Below, one piece after another: positions 1 through 9,620 of a DNA stretch of 64,000 nucleotides (positions are counted from its first letter, which is position 1; every line of letters starts with the position of its first letter). Position numbers and translations under genes: made by a program. The notes under the pieces were generated by a model that searched no databases, was not told the origin of the DNA, and saw only the letters and a list, made by a program, of their open reading frames with translations. The stretch spans positions 96,001 through 160,000 of the forward strand of contig JBMOPW010000032.1 of assembly GCA_049322915.1 (NCBI GenBank). The letters are read 5' to 3'. This DNA is from Candidatus Zhuqueibacterota bacterium. GTDB lineage: Bacteria; Zhuqueibacterota; Zhuqueibacteria; Thermofontimicrobiales; Thermofontimicrobiaceae.

Positions 1-1318
1 GCATGCCACCGCGTCGACCCGAGGGTCGCTGCTGTTCAGCGTCGGAATTTTCGCCGTCGCTTCCTTTAGGTTCAGGCTTGTCGTTTTTCTCGTTTCGCAG
101 TGACCACAAATTGCACGAAAAAGCCGGTACGCCATATTGAAAATACGCCCACTCCAGCATGGAACCGAATGGCTTGTCCGACACCGCAGTTTCAATTTTG
201 GTCAGCTCTTTGTATTTCTTACTGACCTGATTGAACAGTGGCAGGTCTTTGTCATCGGTCTTCTGCGGCTGAGGATCCTGGGCCCGGGGTCGGGACGTTT
301 CCTGTTCAGAGCCCCGGCGGCGTCCGAAACGGACGAACATTTGAGACTCTTGTTCATCGGATCTTTTTACTTCGGCAAACGAGGCTTTGCCGCATTCAAT
401 GCCGGCCGAGGCTGCTAAATTATCGTATTTTGAAAAAATCAAAACGCTGCAAATGTTCTTGTGCGGCGAAGTTTTCAGCTCTGGTATGTAGCGATTCATG
501 AAATCAATCACTGCGCGGGTCTCGGCTTCCGACGCCGGGTATATGTTCAATCCTTTTATGTCATAGCCGAAATTGTGGGGGAAATTCCGATTGATGCTCA
601 TGCCGGCGATACCGTCCTCATTGTATAACTCATCTCCGTCATTGTCAATTCCCTCGGGATAGACGCTGTATAGGCTGTCCATAGGCGTCTCCGGTTTTTT
701 GGGATTCAAAAGACGGCTGTCTTTGCCGTTCAAAACCCAGGCGCCTTTTTTATCTTTCACCCGCATCCACGTGATGAGCTTGTTCCCGTCCAGGTCTTCC
801 GGGCCATCTTCATCGAGCTGCCAGTCGTAATCATCGTCGACTTGCTTAATGTTTCCCTGGACATCGGACAATGTTCCGGCAAAGAACATTTCTGCACCGT
901 CCGGATTGACTCTCGGAATAATGTAAAATGTTCGCGAGTCCAGAATGGCTGTAATTTCCTGATCTGAGCCATAGCCCGCAGCCAGCGTTTTAGCGATGCC
1001 CAGTGCCACTTCGCTGCCGATGACGTGATCCCCTTCCAGATTCCCGCACAGGAGCAGCGCCTGCTTTTGTTCCGGCGCCATGCCTTTTTCGCCGGAGAGT
1101 TGCAGCATCCAGATATCGCGTCCCTGACCCGTCGTTCCAATGGACGAGAGCCGGGTTATTTTGGAATAGCGCGTTGACAGCTCTTTCAGCGCCTGAGTTA
1201 GCTCTTTGTAATTGTGATACCCTGCCGATGGCGCATAACTGTCATTCGCTGCTAAGGATGTGAACGAAGTGAGCGCGAGAATGAAACAGGTGAGAATGCA
1301 TGTTAAAATCAGTTTCAT
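1..1318 (-). CDS. M14 zinc-carboxypeptidase-family protein, secreted, degenerate active site; 3' end beyond the window
   Basis: Not in the ORF track; translated by hand from ATG 1318 (GGAGG RBS upstream), open to the window edge. Signal peptide, YHNYKEL..SIGTTGQGRDIW, IIPRVNPDG, acidic DDDYDWQLDEDGPEDLDGN insert, INRNFP, SEAETRAV. Confidence 0.85.
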   Translation of the reverse strand, partial: MKLILTCILTCFILALTSFTSLAANDSYAPSAGYHNYKELTQALKELSTRYSKITRLSSIGTTGQGRDIWMLQLSGEKGMAPEQKQALLLCGNLEGDHVIGSEVALGIAKTLAAGYGSDQEITAILDSRTFYIIPRVNPDGAEMFFAGTLSDVQGNIKQVDDDYDWQLDEDGPEDLDGNKLITWMRVKDKKGAWVLNGKDSRLLNPKKPETPMDSLYSVYPEGIDNDGDELYNEDGIAGMSINRNFPHNFGYDIKGLNIYPASEAETRAVIDFMNRYIPELKTSPHKNICSVLIFSKYDNLAASAGIECGKASFAEVKRSDEQESQMFVRFGRRRGSEQETSRPRAQDPQPQKTDDKDLPLFNQVSKKYKELTKIETAVSDKPFGSMLEWAYFQYGVPAFSCNLWSLRNEKNDKPEPKGSDGENSDAEQQRPSGRRGGM

Positions 1319-1497
1319 ACCGATGCCTCCATTTATAATGAAGTGTGAATGAGGATTTAATCCATGATAAAAGATAAAACGTGATTCTATGAAAAACAAG
1401 CGATATCTATTTGTCTCTGCGCAGGATGCACGTCAGGAAGAGCCGGAACATGGATGCATGAAAAATTGATATAACGAGTTGTTTCAGCGAGAGGGGA

Positions 1498-2217
1498 TTA
1501 GCATTTGGTCACGCGATTGGTCTCTGATTCGATTTGGTAAATATCACGATTCTCCAGAGGAACCCAGGGCTGTTCTTTGAAATGCGGCAGCACTTCAGAG
1601 CTGAAAATGGTGAAATCCGGCCCGGTCAGCATTTTCATGCGGTAGTAATTCGGATTGACTGACCACCAATTGGCGATGAAAGAAGTCTGCCCGTTAGAGA
1701 GCATGAAATTCGCGCTCGTGAAATCGTTCAGGCCGTCCAGTTTCCTCCTGAGATGCGATGCCTCAATTTCGTTTTTGAATGAAGAAAGCAGATAGTAAAA
1801 AAAACGCTCCGAGTCCGTCGTGCCCTGGATTTTTAAAGACGCATCGAAAGTAAGTTCATCGCGCACAGTGCCGTTATGAAAAAACATGTGGCGATGGCGT
1901 CGAATTTCGGCCTCGAACGGATGCACATTCTGCAACACAACGTTCCCGCGCGATGCGCGTCGGGCGTGAAGCATGATGAGTCTGGAATTCACGCTTCGGA
2001 ATTGGTCAATACGGGGATCGGTGTAAATTGGTTCGATGGAACGAAATGCTTTCAACGTGTTGTCTGCAAGAAAGCAAATCCCCCAGCCATCTCTGTGGGT
2101 GAATTGTTTGGATTCATTTTCTTCATGTCGCTCGTTTTGGTCGGACGCCATAACAATCATATCATCAATCAGCCAGTTGACGTCGACTGGCCCGAGACTG
2201 AACATCATTCGGCACAT
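1498..2217 (-). CDS. Class II glutamine amidotransferase (Ntn hydrolase, YafJ/EgtC-like)
   Basis: N-terminal MCR (Cys2), HRDGWG, HARRAS, NVHPF, FFHNGTV, GTTDSE. Confidence 0.85.
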   Translation of the reverse strand: MCRMMFSLGPVDVNWLIDDMIVMASDQNERHEENESKQFTHRDGWGICFLADNTLKAFRSIEPIYTDPRIDQFRSVNSRLIMLHARRASRGNVVLQNVHPFEAEIRRHRHMFFHNGTVRDELTFDASLKIQGTTDSERFFYYLLSSFKNEIEASHLRRKLDGLNDFTSANFMLSNGQTSFIANWWSVNPNYYRMKMLTGPDFTIFSSEVLPHFKEQPWVPLENRDIYQIESETNRVTKC

Positions 2218-2227
2218 GGAATTTCCC

Positions 2228-5086
2228 TCATTTTACGCATACCAGTTTACGAATGGTCTGGCGGCCTTCACTATTCAGAGAATAGAGATAAACGCCGCTG
2301 GCGACAGGGCGCTGCCGGGTGTCGGTGCCGTCCCACCTGACTTCGTAGACTCCAGCGGACTGTTTGCAATCGACCAGGGTTTTGATAAGCTGACCGCGCG
2401 TATTGAAAATTTTTATCACCGTATGGACAGGCTCCGTCTGATCCACGGAGTAGCGAATGACCGTGCTGGCGTTGAACGGATTGGGATAGTTTTGGAATAA
2501 ATGAATTCCGCCGGGCGTGGTCTCGGATACGTCAGCCACCCGGTCGATGATGCCGGAACCCGGCGAAGCCAATCGTCGATCAGTGTAAATATGAAATTCT
2601 CCGGGATTCAGGCTGATGGGATCGCTGATGTTGCTGACTGTGAGGCTGTCACCGTAAAAATAATCGTACCAGACGCCGGTGCGTTGAAATTGAGGATTGG
2701 CCGCGGCTGCGGTCACTCCGAAATTGCCGATGATTGAGACGCTCATGGTTTGGTGGGTGATATTGATTCGCTTGATCGAGCCGCCGACAGCCAGCGCCAC
2801 CTGGGATTCAGGACTGGTGAATGCTTCGTTTTCCTTTCGAAGATGGATTAAAGCGGCAAAGGTTTTGTAGAGATTCTGACGATCCGAATCCTGGTAATAA
2901 TCCCAGCGAATCGGTTTATTGCCCAGCCGTCCATTGTATTCGATTGAAAAATCATAGCCCAGTTCGCCGAATTGCCAGATCATTTTCGGCCCTGGCAATG
3001 TGAAGAAAAACGCCCCCGCCAGTTTCATTCGGTTCAAAGCGGTGGGCAGTTCTTTGATTGAATAACTGCCGGAACTATTGCCATATTCCAAATTTTTATA
3101 CATGAGCCGCTCTTCGTCGTGGCTTTCCATGTAGGTGACAAGGTGCGGCGCTGACCAGTCGCGCGTGTCATAAAATCCCCAGGAAAAATCGGATTTGCCT
3201 GAATCGTGATAGCCCATTGTTGCTTCATTGTAGTTATGATTGGAATTGCCCCACAGCATCATGCCATAGCCGGCCAGCTCTTTCTCCTCGCTGTTCTCGG
3301 CGAAATGCTCCAAAATGACGTAAGCTGTGGAATCGACAGCCCATATCTGATCGGCCATTCGTTTTAGAATGGCAATTCGGGACGCATCGTATTGGCTGGC
3401 GAGCGATTCGTTATAGCTGCCATTTCCAATATAGCTCACCCGCTGCGTGAATCCTTTGGTGAGGTCGAATCGGAACCCATCGATTCGGAATTCCTCCAGC
3501 CAGTATCGATTCACGCGATCAACGTACTGCTTTGTGGAATAGCTTTCATGGTTGAAATCATAGCCGACATTGTAAGGATGCCGGGCCTGGTACCCGCCGT
3601 AGTTGAGATCATAATCGGCATTGTACCAGATATTATCGGATGAAGGAGGTCCGTTGTTTCCCTCACTGAACAGCCTCACCAGCGGCGCCTGTCCGAACGA
3701 ATGATTGAGGACAATGTCCAGAATCACGGCAATGCCGCGCTGATGGCAGGCATCGACAAAGCGTTTGAGCTCATTCTTTGGTCCATAATATTTATCCGTG
3801 GCGAAGTTCAGAGAGGTATTATAGCCCCAGCTTTCGTTCCCCTCAAATTCGGCAACAGGCATCAGTTCGATGGCGGACACCCCTAAACGCTGGAAATAGT
3901 CCAATGAGTCGATGAGGGTTTTGTAATCATGCTCCGCTAAAAAATCCCGAATGAGCATTTCGTAAATGACCAGACCTGATATTTCGGGCCGGTCGAAATC
4001 GTCGGTCTGCCACTGGTATTCGTCCTGATTGATTTGAAAAACAGACGCGATTTCAGTCGTTTTGCCGTAGGGATAAGCCATCAGCCCCGGGTAGGTCGCG
4101 TCGGTAATATACGAATCATACGAAGGATCCAGCACTTTTTCGGAATAAGGGTCGGCGATGCGTGTTTCGCCATCGACTAAATATTGGAAAGCATATTCTT
4201 TGTCCGGATCGAGGTCTGTCAGCGTCAGCCAATAGCGTTGCCGGTCCGGGGTCTGATACATGAAATGGGCCGGATCTGCCAGCCAGTTATTGAAATCGCC
4301 AATGACGTATGCGAATTTTTTGGTGTAGGGCGCGTGCAGCACCAACGTGACAGTGGAATTGTCCACGTAGTTAATGCCATCTCCCACTCCGGCCGGCAAC
4401 GGCTTCAATTCCGGTGAAGCGCCCTGGTAGGCAAACGTGACTGAGTCTGCGTAGACGCCGCCGTTTTTCGTCCCGATATTCAGCGCCACAGTGTGACTTC
4501 CGTTGGCGAGTTCCGGCAGGGTGAATTTCAGAAGCGACAAATCAGCGATGTAATAATTTTCCATCGTCGCGATGATTTCACCGTTCAAAGAAATTGTCGA
4601 CTGGCTCAACAGAAGTGTATCATTCTCAGCGACGAAAATGCCGGCGATCAGGTCAGGATTTTTTTCCGACAGCACCGATCCGTTTTTAGGCAGGATTTCG
4701 AAAATCATGATTTCGGTAACTTCAAGGATTGAATTGAAGTACCCGCCGGATTCGATCATCGGATTCAATGGATCGGAAAGCCACTGGTTGGATGTCCCGC
4801 TCTCATTGAAATGCTCATGAAATTTGTAGAGCTGTGTTTCTCCAACAGGCAACCGATAGCTTTTTACCCAGCATTGAAGCGAATCAATATAGGTCATCAG
4901 CGAAGGGGCGGTTGGCGCAATGACTCCGCTGCTGTTAGGCCCCCAATTGTTGAACGCCCCGGGCACAAATGCCCGGACAACATCCGGCTTGGTGGGATAA
5001 TGCCGAAATGTGATCTGGATAAATTCCTGGGCCCGGGATTGGGCAATGAGAATGAGGACACAGATGGCCATGAACACATTTTTCAT
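2228..5086 (-). CDS. Secreted GH13 alpha-amylase-family protein with CBM48-like domains and C-terminal FlgD-Ig/T9SS type A-like sorting domain
   Basis: Signal peptide; DIVLNHS, GFRFDLTKG, LEHFA, SHDEER; C-terminal QNYPNPFN...WDG...SGVYLY...KLVCVK. Confidence 0.9.
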   Translation of the reverse strand: MKNVFMAICVLILIAQSRAQEFIQITFRHYPTKPDVVRAFVPGAFNNWGPNSSGVIAPTAPSLMTYIDSLQCWVKSYRLPVGETQLYKFHEHFNESGTSNQWLSDPLNPMIESGGYFNSILEVTEIMIFEILPKNGSVLSEKNPDLIAGIFVAENDTLLLSQSTISLNGEIIATMENYYIADLSLLKFTLPELANGSHTVALNIGTKNGGVYADSVTFAYQGASPELKPLPAGVGDGINYVDNSTVTLVLHAPYTKKFAYVIGDFNNWLADPAHFMYQTPDRQRYWLTLTDLDPDKEYAFQYLVDGETRIADPYSEKVLDPSYDSYITDATYPGLMAYPYGKTTEIASVFQINQDEYQWQTDDFDRPEISGLVIYEMLIRDFLAEHDYKTLIDSLDYFQRLGVSAIELMPVAEFEGNESWGYNTSLNFATDKYYGPKNELKRFVDACHQRGIAVILDIVLNHSFGQAPLVRLFSEGNNGPPSSDNIWYNADYDLNYGGYQARHPYNVGYDFNHESYSTKQYVDRVNRYWLEEFRIDGFRFDLTKGFTQRVSYIGNGSYNESLASQYDASRIAILKRMADQIWAVDSTAYVILEHFAENSEEKELAGYGMMLWGNSNHNYNEATMGYHDSGKSDFSWGFYDTRDWSAPHLVTYMESHDEERLMYKNLEYGNSSGSYSIKELPTALNRMKLAGAFFFTLPGPKMIWQFGELGYDFSIEYNGRLGNKPIRWDYYQDSDRQNLYKTFAALIHLRKENEAFTSPESQVALAVGGSIKRINITHQTMSVSIIGNFGVTAAAANPQFQRTGVWYDYFYGDSLTVSNISDPISLNPGEFHIYTDRRLASPGSGIIDRVADVSETTPGGIHLFQNYPNPFNASTVIRYSVDQTEPVHTVIKIFNTRGQLIKTLVDCKQSAGVYEVRWDGTDTRQRPVASGVYLYSLNSEGRQTIRKLVCVK

Positions 5087-5138
5087 GCAGTGATTCCTTT
5101 TTCTTATGTGGGTGAAAAGCGCCCTGACTGTGACTGGC

Positions 5139-5630
5139 TCAGCGAGACTCGAGCTTTTTTCTCGTATAATCCAGCAGACCTCCTGCGTCGCGAATGGCTA
5201 AAATTTCCGGCGGCAATGTGGGGAACGTGAATTGCCGGGAGCCAATGGCAATGACGCCCTTTTCCAGATTCAATTCCACGGCATCCCCCTGGCGGAACGC
5301 GTCAATTGCATCCGGGCATTCGATGAGAAGCAGGCCCTGGTTGATGGCTGCGCGATAGAAAATGCGGGCATAGCTTTTGGCAACGACCGCCTTGATCCCC
5401 ACAGCGCGCAAGCCCAATGCCGGCTGCTCCCTTGAACTGCCGCACCCGAAGTTGCTGCCGGCGAAAATAATATCGCCCGGCTTCACCTGCGAGGCAAAAT
5501 TGGGATCGAGATCCTCCAGCAAATGCGGTTTGATTTCCTCGGCCGTGCTGCACGTGTATGTGTATTTCCCCGGAAAAAGCATATCAGTATTGATATCATT
5601 TCCGTAGTACCAGACTTTGTGTGCTGACAT
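5139..5630 (-). CDS. 3-isopropylmalate dehydratase/homoaconitase small subunit (LeuD/HacB family)
   Basis: DINTDMLFPGKY, NFGCGSSRE, SYARIFYRAAINQG, GGL; follows the cognate large subunit. Confidence 0.9.
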   Translation of the reverse strand: MSAHKVWYYGNDINTDMLFPGKYTYTCSTAEEIKPHLLEDLDPNFASQVKPGDIIFAGSNFGCGSSREQPALGLRAVGIKAVVAKSYARIFYRAAINQGLLLIECPDAIDAFRQGDAVELNLEKGVIAIGSRQFTFPTLPPEILAIRDAGGLLDYTRKKLESR

Positions 5631-5664
5631 ATTTTTCCTCGTAATATTTTATAGAAAATGTTAT

Positions 5665-5780
5665 GCTACAAAGGCGCGAAGTCACAAAGAAAAAAAATAA
5701 TTATTCATGTGAATAGTAGAAAAGATAAAGTAACTATCGATTTTTTTCATGTTTTCTTAGAGTCTTCGAGTCTTCGCGGT
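5665..5780. repeat. Short intergenic inverted-repeat element with 8-nt periodic arms
   Basis: Left arm GCTACAAAGGCGCGAAGTCACAAAGA (5665-5690), right arm TCTTAGAGTCTTCGAGTCTTCGCGGT (5755-5780), AT-rich spacer; related copies at 7161, 37158 and 51838. Confidence 0.65.
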
Positions 5781-5800
5781 AAAATAGTAAAAGGGTCGAT

Positions 5801-7063
5801 TTATAAAATTTCTCGCGGATCAGTGATCGTGCCTGTCAGCGCCGAAGCGGCGACCGTCGCCGGGCTGGCTAGGTAAATCTCCGATTCTTTACAGCCCATG
5901 CGTCCTTTGAAATTGCGATTGGCCGTGCTGAGGCACACTTCGTTGGGCGCGAGAACGCCCAGATGAGCGCCCAGACATGGGCCACAGCCGGTGGGAAGAA
6001 TGATCGCGCCGGCGTTGCTCAGCGTTTCGATATAGCCTAATTTGAGCGCCGCATTGAAAATCGAACGGGACGCCGGCAACACCAGAAATCGCACGTTGGA
6101 AGAGATTTTTTTGCCTTTTACCATGGCGGCGGCGATTTCAAAATCGCTCAATCGGCCGTTGGTACAGGTGCCAAGCAGACATTGGTGCAGTTCAATTCCG
6201 ACGACCTCCGAGATTTTAGCGATGTTGTCGACCGTGTGCGGTTTGGCCACCACCGGCTCCAGTCTGGATAAATCATAACTCCATTCGGAAATGTACGATG
6301 CGCCTTCATCCGCCCAGATTTTTTCGTAGCGGTCAGGCCCAATGCCCACAGATTTCAGGTAGGACCCGGCGCGCTCATCGATGGGAAACACCGCAACTTT
6401 GGCGCCCATTTCCACGCCCATGTTGGCAATGGTGATGCGGTCATCGATGGTCAAAGTGCGGATATCTCCGTGGAATTCAACAGAACAATAATTTGCGCCG
6501 TCGGCTTTGATATCGCCAATAATTTGCAGCACCAGATCTTTGGCAGAAACGCCGGTCGCGAATTTCCCTTGTAAATTAATTTTGATGCTCTGCGGCACTT
6601 TCAGCCAGGTCTCGCCGGTGAGCAGCAGCGCGGCGGCCTCGGTGCGGTCGATGCCGGTGGAAAAAACGCTCAGTGCGCCGTACGAGCAGGTGTGTGAATC
6701 GCTGCCCACGATGATGGTTCCCGGCACTGCAAATCCCTTTTCGATGACTATCTGGTGGCAGATGCCTTCGCCGGCATCGAAGAAATTTTTCAGGCCAAAT
6801 TTTTTGACAAATTCTCTCACCGCTTTATGGCCGGCGGCTGTTTTCTCATTCGCGGCCGGAACCACATGATCCAGAACAATCACGGATAGGTCGGTATTGA
6901 CCACACCGTATTTTTCCAGTTCCTTCCCTATTTTCCCGATAATTGCAGCGGTGTTGTCATGCGTCAGCAGGTGGGCCGGTCTCACCGTTACAATCTGGCC
7001 GGCGACAACCTGGCTCAACCCGGCGTGTTTTGCCAGCACTTTTTCAGCGAACGTTTTTGCCAT
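5801..7063 (-). CDS. 3-isopropylmalate dehydratase/homoaconitase large subunit (LeuC/HacA family)
   Basis: DHVVP, GICHQ, GSDSHT, GTCTNGR, GCGPCLG, STANRNFKGRMG, LASP; three Fe-S cysteines present. Confidence 0.92.
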   Translation of the reverse strand: MAKTFAEKVLAKHAGLSQVVAGQIVTVRPAHLLTHDNTAAIIGKIGKELEKYGVVNTDLSVIVLDHVVPAANEKTAAGHKAVREFVKKFGLKNFFDAGEGICHQIVIEKGFAVPGTIIVGSDSHTCSYGALSVFSTGIDRTEAAALLLTGETWLKVPQSIKINLQGKFATGVSAKDLVLQIIGDIKADGANYCSVEFHGDIRTLTIDDRITIANMGVEMGAKVAVFPIDERAGSYLKSVGIGPDRYEKIWADEGASYISEWSYDLSRLEPVVAKPHTVDNIAKISEVVGIELHQCLLGTCTNGRLSDFEIAAAMVKGKKISSNVRFLVLPASRSIFNAALKLGYIETLSNAGAIILPTGCGPCLGAHLGVLAPNEVCLSTANRNFKGRMGCKESEIYLASPATVAASALTGTITDPREIL

Positions 7064-7348
7064 ATTTTATCCTTCTCATTTTTCGTCGGTTGAATTGAAA
7101 AATGCGTTTATTTCATGTAAGCTTTGAATGGCGTACCAATGAATTTTGCATCATCTTTCTGCCCCGAAGACGCCAGGGCGCGAAGACTTCCCTGAGCAGA
7201 TTTTAATGCGCGACCCGGAAGAATTCGACAAGAGGAATTCTCCGGTACAAATTGTTTTATTTGATTTTTCGTCAGCTAAAATTCAGCGATGACACAGATC
7301 GGCGACCAATCGATGCCATTTAAAATCGAACTGTTTCCTGGATATAAA

Positions 7349-8923
7349 CTAAAATTTTCCGGTATACCTGGTCCATAAATCATCGCCCAATTGCCACCAA
7401 TCCCGAACAATCTGTTCCATGAAAGCGTTGCTGTACTCGGTCAGAAATTTCCTGGCTTTTTGGGGATTCTGCTGAAACAGGGTCGCTGCCTTTGCTTCGA
7501 TGGCTGATTGCCGGGAAAAAGCTCTCTGCTCGACGGCTGTCCTCGCGGAGTCCACGTCGACGCGCATCACGCCCCATTTTTGGGCGGCCAGGTCGGCCAC
7601 GCGATTGAACGCCCACCAGGCGCACTCCCGATTGAAGCCATCGCGGCCATTCACTTTGTAGGACGCTGGCACATCGGTAATACCCACGTAAATTGGCGCA
7701 TAGGCAGTCATGGCCGGGTTATCATATCCCAGCCAAACCAGACCACCGACCGGGTCTGGCAGCCAGCGCCGCGCCTGAGCGACGAACACGTAATTGCAGT
7801 AATATCGGGCAATGCAGCGCTCGCCCATCTCATTCCAGCCGCCATTGATGTTGAACAATGGCATCATATCATAATCCATGAATGGATTGGCATAGGGACT
7901 TTTGACCGCTTCGCCCTTTTCATTTTTAACAAGAATATTTTTGGTCATGTCGAACGGGGTATTTTCGAAGGTGTCCCGCATAATGGCCATCACATCATTG
8001 ACAGCGACCAGGCTGTCCGGCTTGACGGAAAAGGGGTAATTCTCGGAATTGGGATCAAGCTTCAACGACGGCGCCAGAATATCGAGGACGCGCCATTCCC
8101 TGCGGCGAGTGGCAAAGCTGGTGCGGCTGTCCGGCGCGTAGACATAGCAGAATTCAAAGGGCATACCGGTCTTCGGATCCCACCAACCGTAGCGCTGCGC
8201 CACATCGAAAACATTGTCCGATGCCATGAAATAATCGGGGTTGTCCAGATCGATCTGCCGGAGGCGGCTGCCATTGCCGTTCACGCTGACATGATCGTCC
8301 GGAACTCGCTGGGCAGCCCAGACAGCGCCGATCTGATCGTGGCCGCAGCCCAAAATTTCCAGACACCAGATCTCATTTTTATCGCCGATAGCGAGATGTT
8401 CGCCTTCATCGTTGTAACCATACTGGCGCGTCAGTTCATCGATGAGCAAAATCGCCTCCCTCGCTGTTTGCGCGCGCTCCTGAACCAGGCGGCACAGCTC
8501 CTCGATGGTGAACATGGCGTTTTTGTTGCGGAGCGTATCGCGCCCGCCAAAGGTGGACTCGCCAATCATCACCTGATTCTCATTCATGCACGGGTACGAG
8601 GTGTTGATGAACTGGAAGGTTTCGCTGACCTGAGGGATATTGCCGATGAAAATCGCTTTGGAAAGATCGGCAGGACTCTTTGTCAGTTTTGTGTTTTTGT
8701 AAATGGCGCACAACGAACCGGACCTGAATTTCTGATGCGGAATAATATTGAACCAGGTCCGCGATGTGCGGCTGTCCGAGGCATAGGCCACGATGACAGA
8801 ACTGTCTCTGGTGGCTTTTTTACCGGCCATTACTGTCGTGCAGGCCTGCGATTGAATCGGAAAAATTAGAATTTGAAGAAAGAAAAACAAAAGAATAGGT
8901 TTAAAAGTATTCATTATGGTCAC
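7349..8923 (-). CDS. C69 family dipeptidase, secreted
   Basis: Signal peptide ending SQA then CTT (Ntn Cys); MNENQVMIGESTF, WAAQRVPDDH, RREWR. Confidence 0.88.
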   Translation of the reverse strand: MTIMNTFKPILLFFFLQILIFPIQSQACTTVMAGKKATRDSSVIVAYASDSRTSRTWFNIIPHQKFRSGSLCAIYKNTKLTKSPADLSKAIFIGNIPQVSETFQFINTSYPCMNENQVMIGESTFGGRDTLRNKNAMFTIEELCRLVQERAQTAREAILLIDELTRQYGYNDEGEHLAIGDKNEIWCLEILGCGHDQIGAVWAAQRVPDDHVSVNGNGSRLRQIDLDNPDYFMASDNVFDVAQRYGWWDPKTGMPFEFCYVYAPDSRTSFATRRREWRVLDILAPSLKLDPNSENYPFSVKPDSLVAVNDVMAIMRDTFENTPFDMTKNILVKNEKGEAVKSPYANPFMDYDMMPLFNINGGWNEMGERCIARYYCNYVFVAQARRWLPDPVGGLVWLGYDNPAMTAYAPIYVGITDVPASYKVNGRDGFNRECAWWAFNRVADLAAQKWGVMRVDVDSARTAVEQRAFSRQSAIEAKAATLFQQNPQKARKFLTEYSNAFMEQIVRDWWQLGDDLWTRYTGKF

Positions 8924-8939
8924 AATTTTTTATTTTACT

Positions 8940-9290
8940 TTATTCACTATTTTCTGTATTCAGAGTTTTTAACAGATTTTGAATTTTGATTTTTAAGTCA
9001 GGCAAGTCATTTACAATAACAGCCCAAACGATTTCTGCATCAATTTCGAAGTAGTTATGTACGAGAATGTTTCTCATACCGATAATTTTGTCCCAAGGAA
9101 TTTTATCGTATTGCCTTTTGAATTCTTTAGAGAGTCTCGCCCCAGCTTCACCTATAATTTGTAAATGGTGAATGATCCAATTTTGGATTAATTCTTCTCC
9201 TTCAAATTCTGACTTGCCGTATTGGGAGTATTTTTCAATCCGAGAAATTGCTTCATTGATATCAAAGATTCTTTCAATATCGTTCCTCAT
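8940..9290 (-). CDS. HEPN/HepT (DUF86) ribonuclease toxin
   Basis: LQIIGEA, IPW, RNILVHNY (RX4HXY); 4-nt overlap with the upstream MNT gene. Confidence 0.9.
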   Translation of the reverse strand: MRNDIERIFDINEAISRIEKYSQYGKSEFEGEELIQNWIIHHLQIIGEAGARLSKEFKRQYDKIPWDKIIGMRNILVHNYFEIDAEIVWAVIVNDLPDLKIKIQNLLKTLNTENSE

Positions 9291-9577
9291 AAAGGTTTTG
9301 CCTCCTTGAGTATTTTATCCCGAATCCGATTTCTCAGTCCTCTTTCGGTTACAATATCTACTTTTCGTCCAAGAAGATTTTCCAATTCTGTAGATAATCC
9401 CCCGAGGTCGAATAAACTTGTGCCAGATTCCACATCAACTAAAATGTCAATGTCACTTAAGTCATCATACTCATCTCGGGCTATAGAACCAAAGATTCTG
9501 ATATTGAATGCCCCATGTTTTTTGGAAATGGCAAGGATTTCATCTCTATTATTTTGAAGAAATTTTGCTAAAGTCAT
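9287..9577 (-). CDS. Minimal nucleotidyltransferase (MNT) antitoxin
   Basis: FGSIARDEYDDLSDIDILV (GSX10DXD), LENLLGRKVDIV; 96 aa. Confidence 0.9.
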   Translation of the reverse strand: MTLAKFLQNNRDEILAISKKHGAFNIRIFGSIARDEYDDLSDIDILVDVESGTSLFDLGGLSTELENLLGRKVDIVTERGLRNRIRDKILKEAKPL

Positions 9578-9620
9578 TGGACTGTCACCAATTATTAATA
9601 AAATTACTGAACGAAAAGGT

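Noticed and set aside
7508..8869. 453-aa + strand ORF
   Set aside because: Antisense shadow of the C69 dipeptidase; no motifs.
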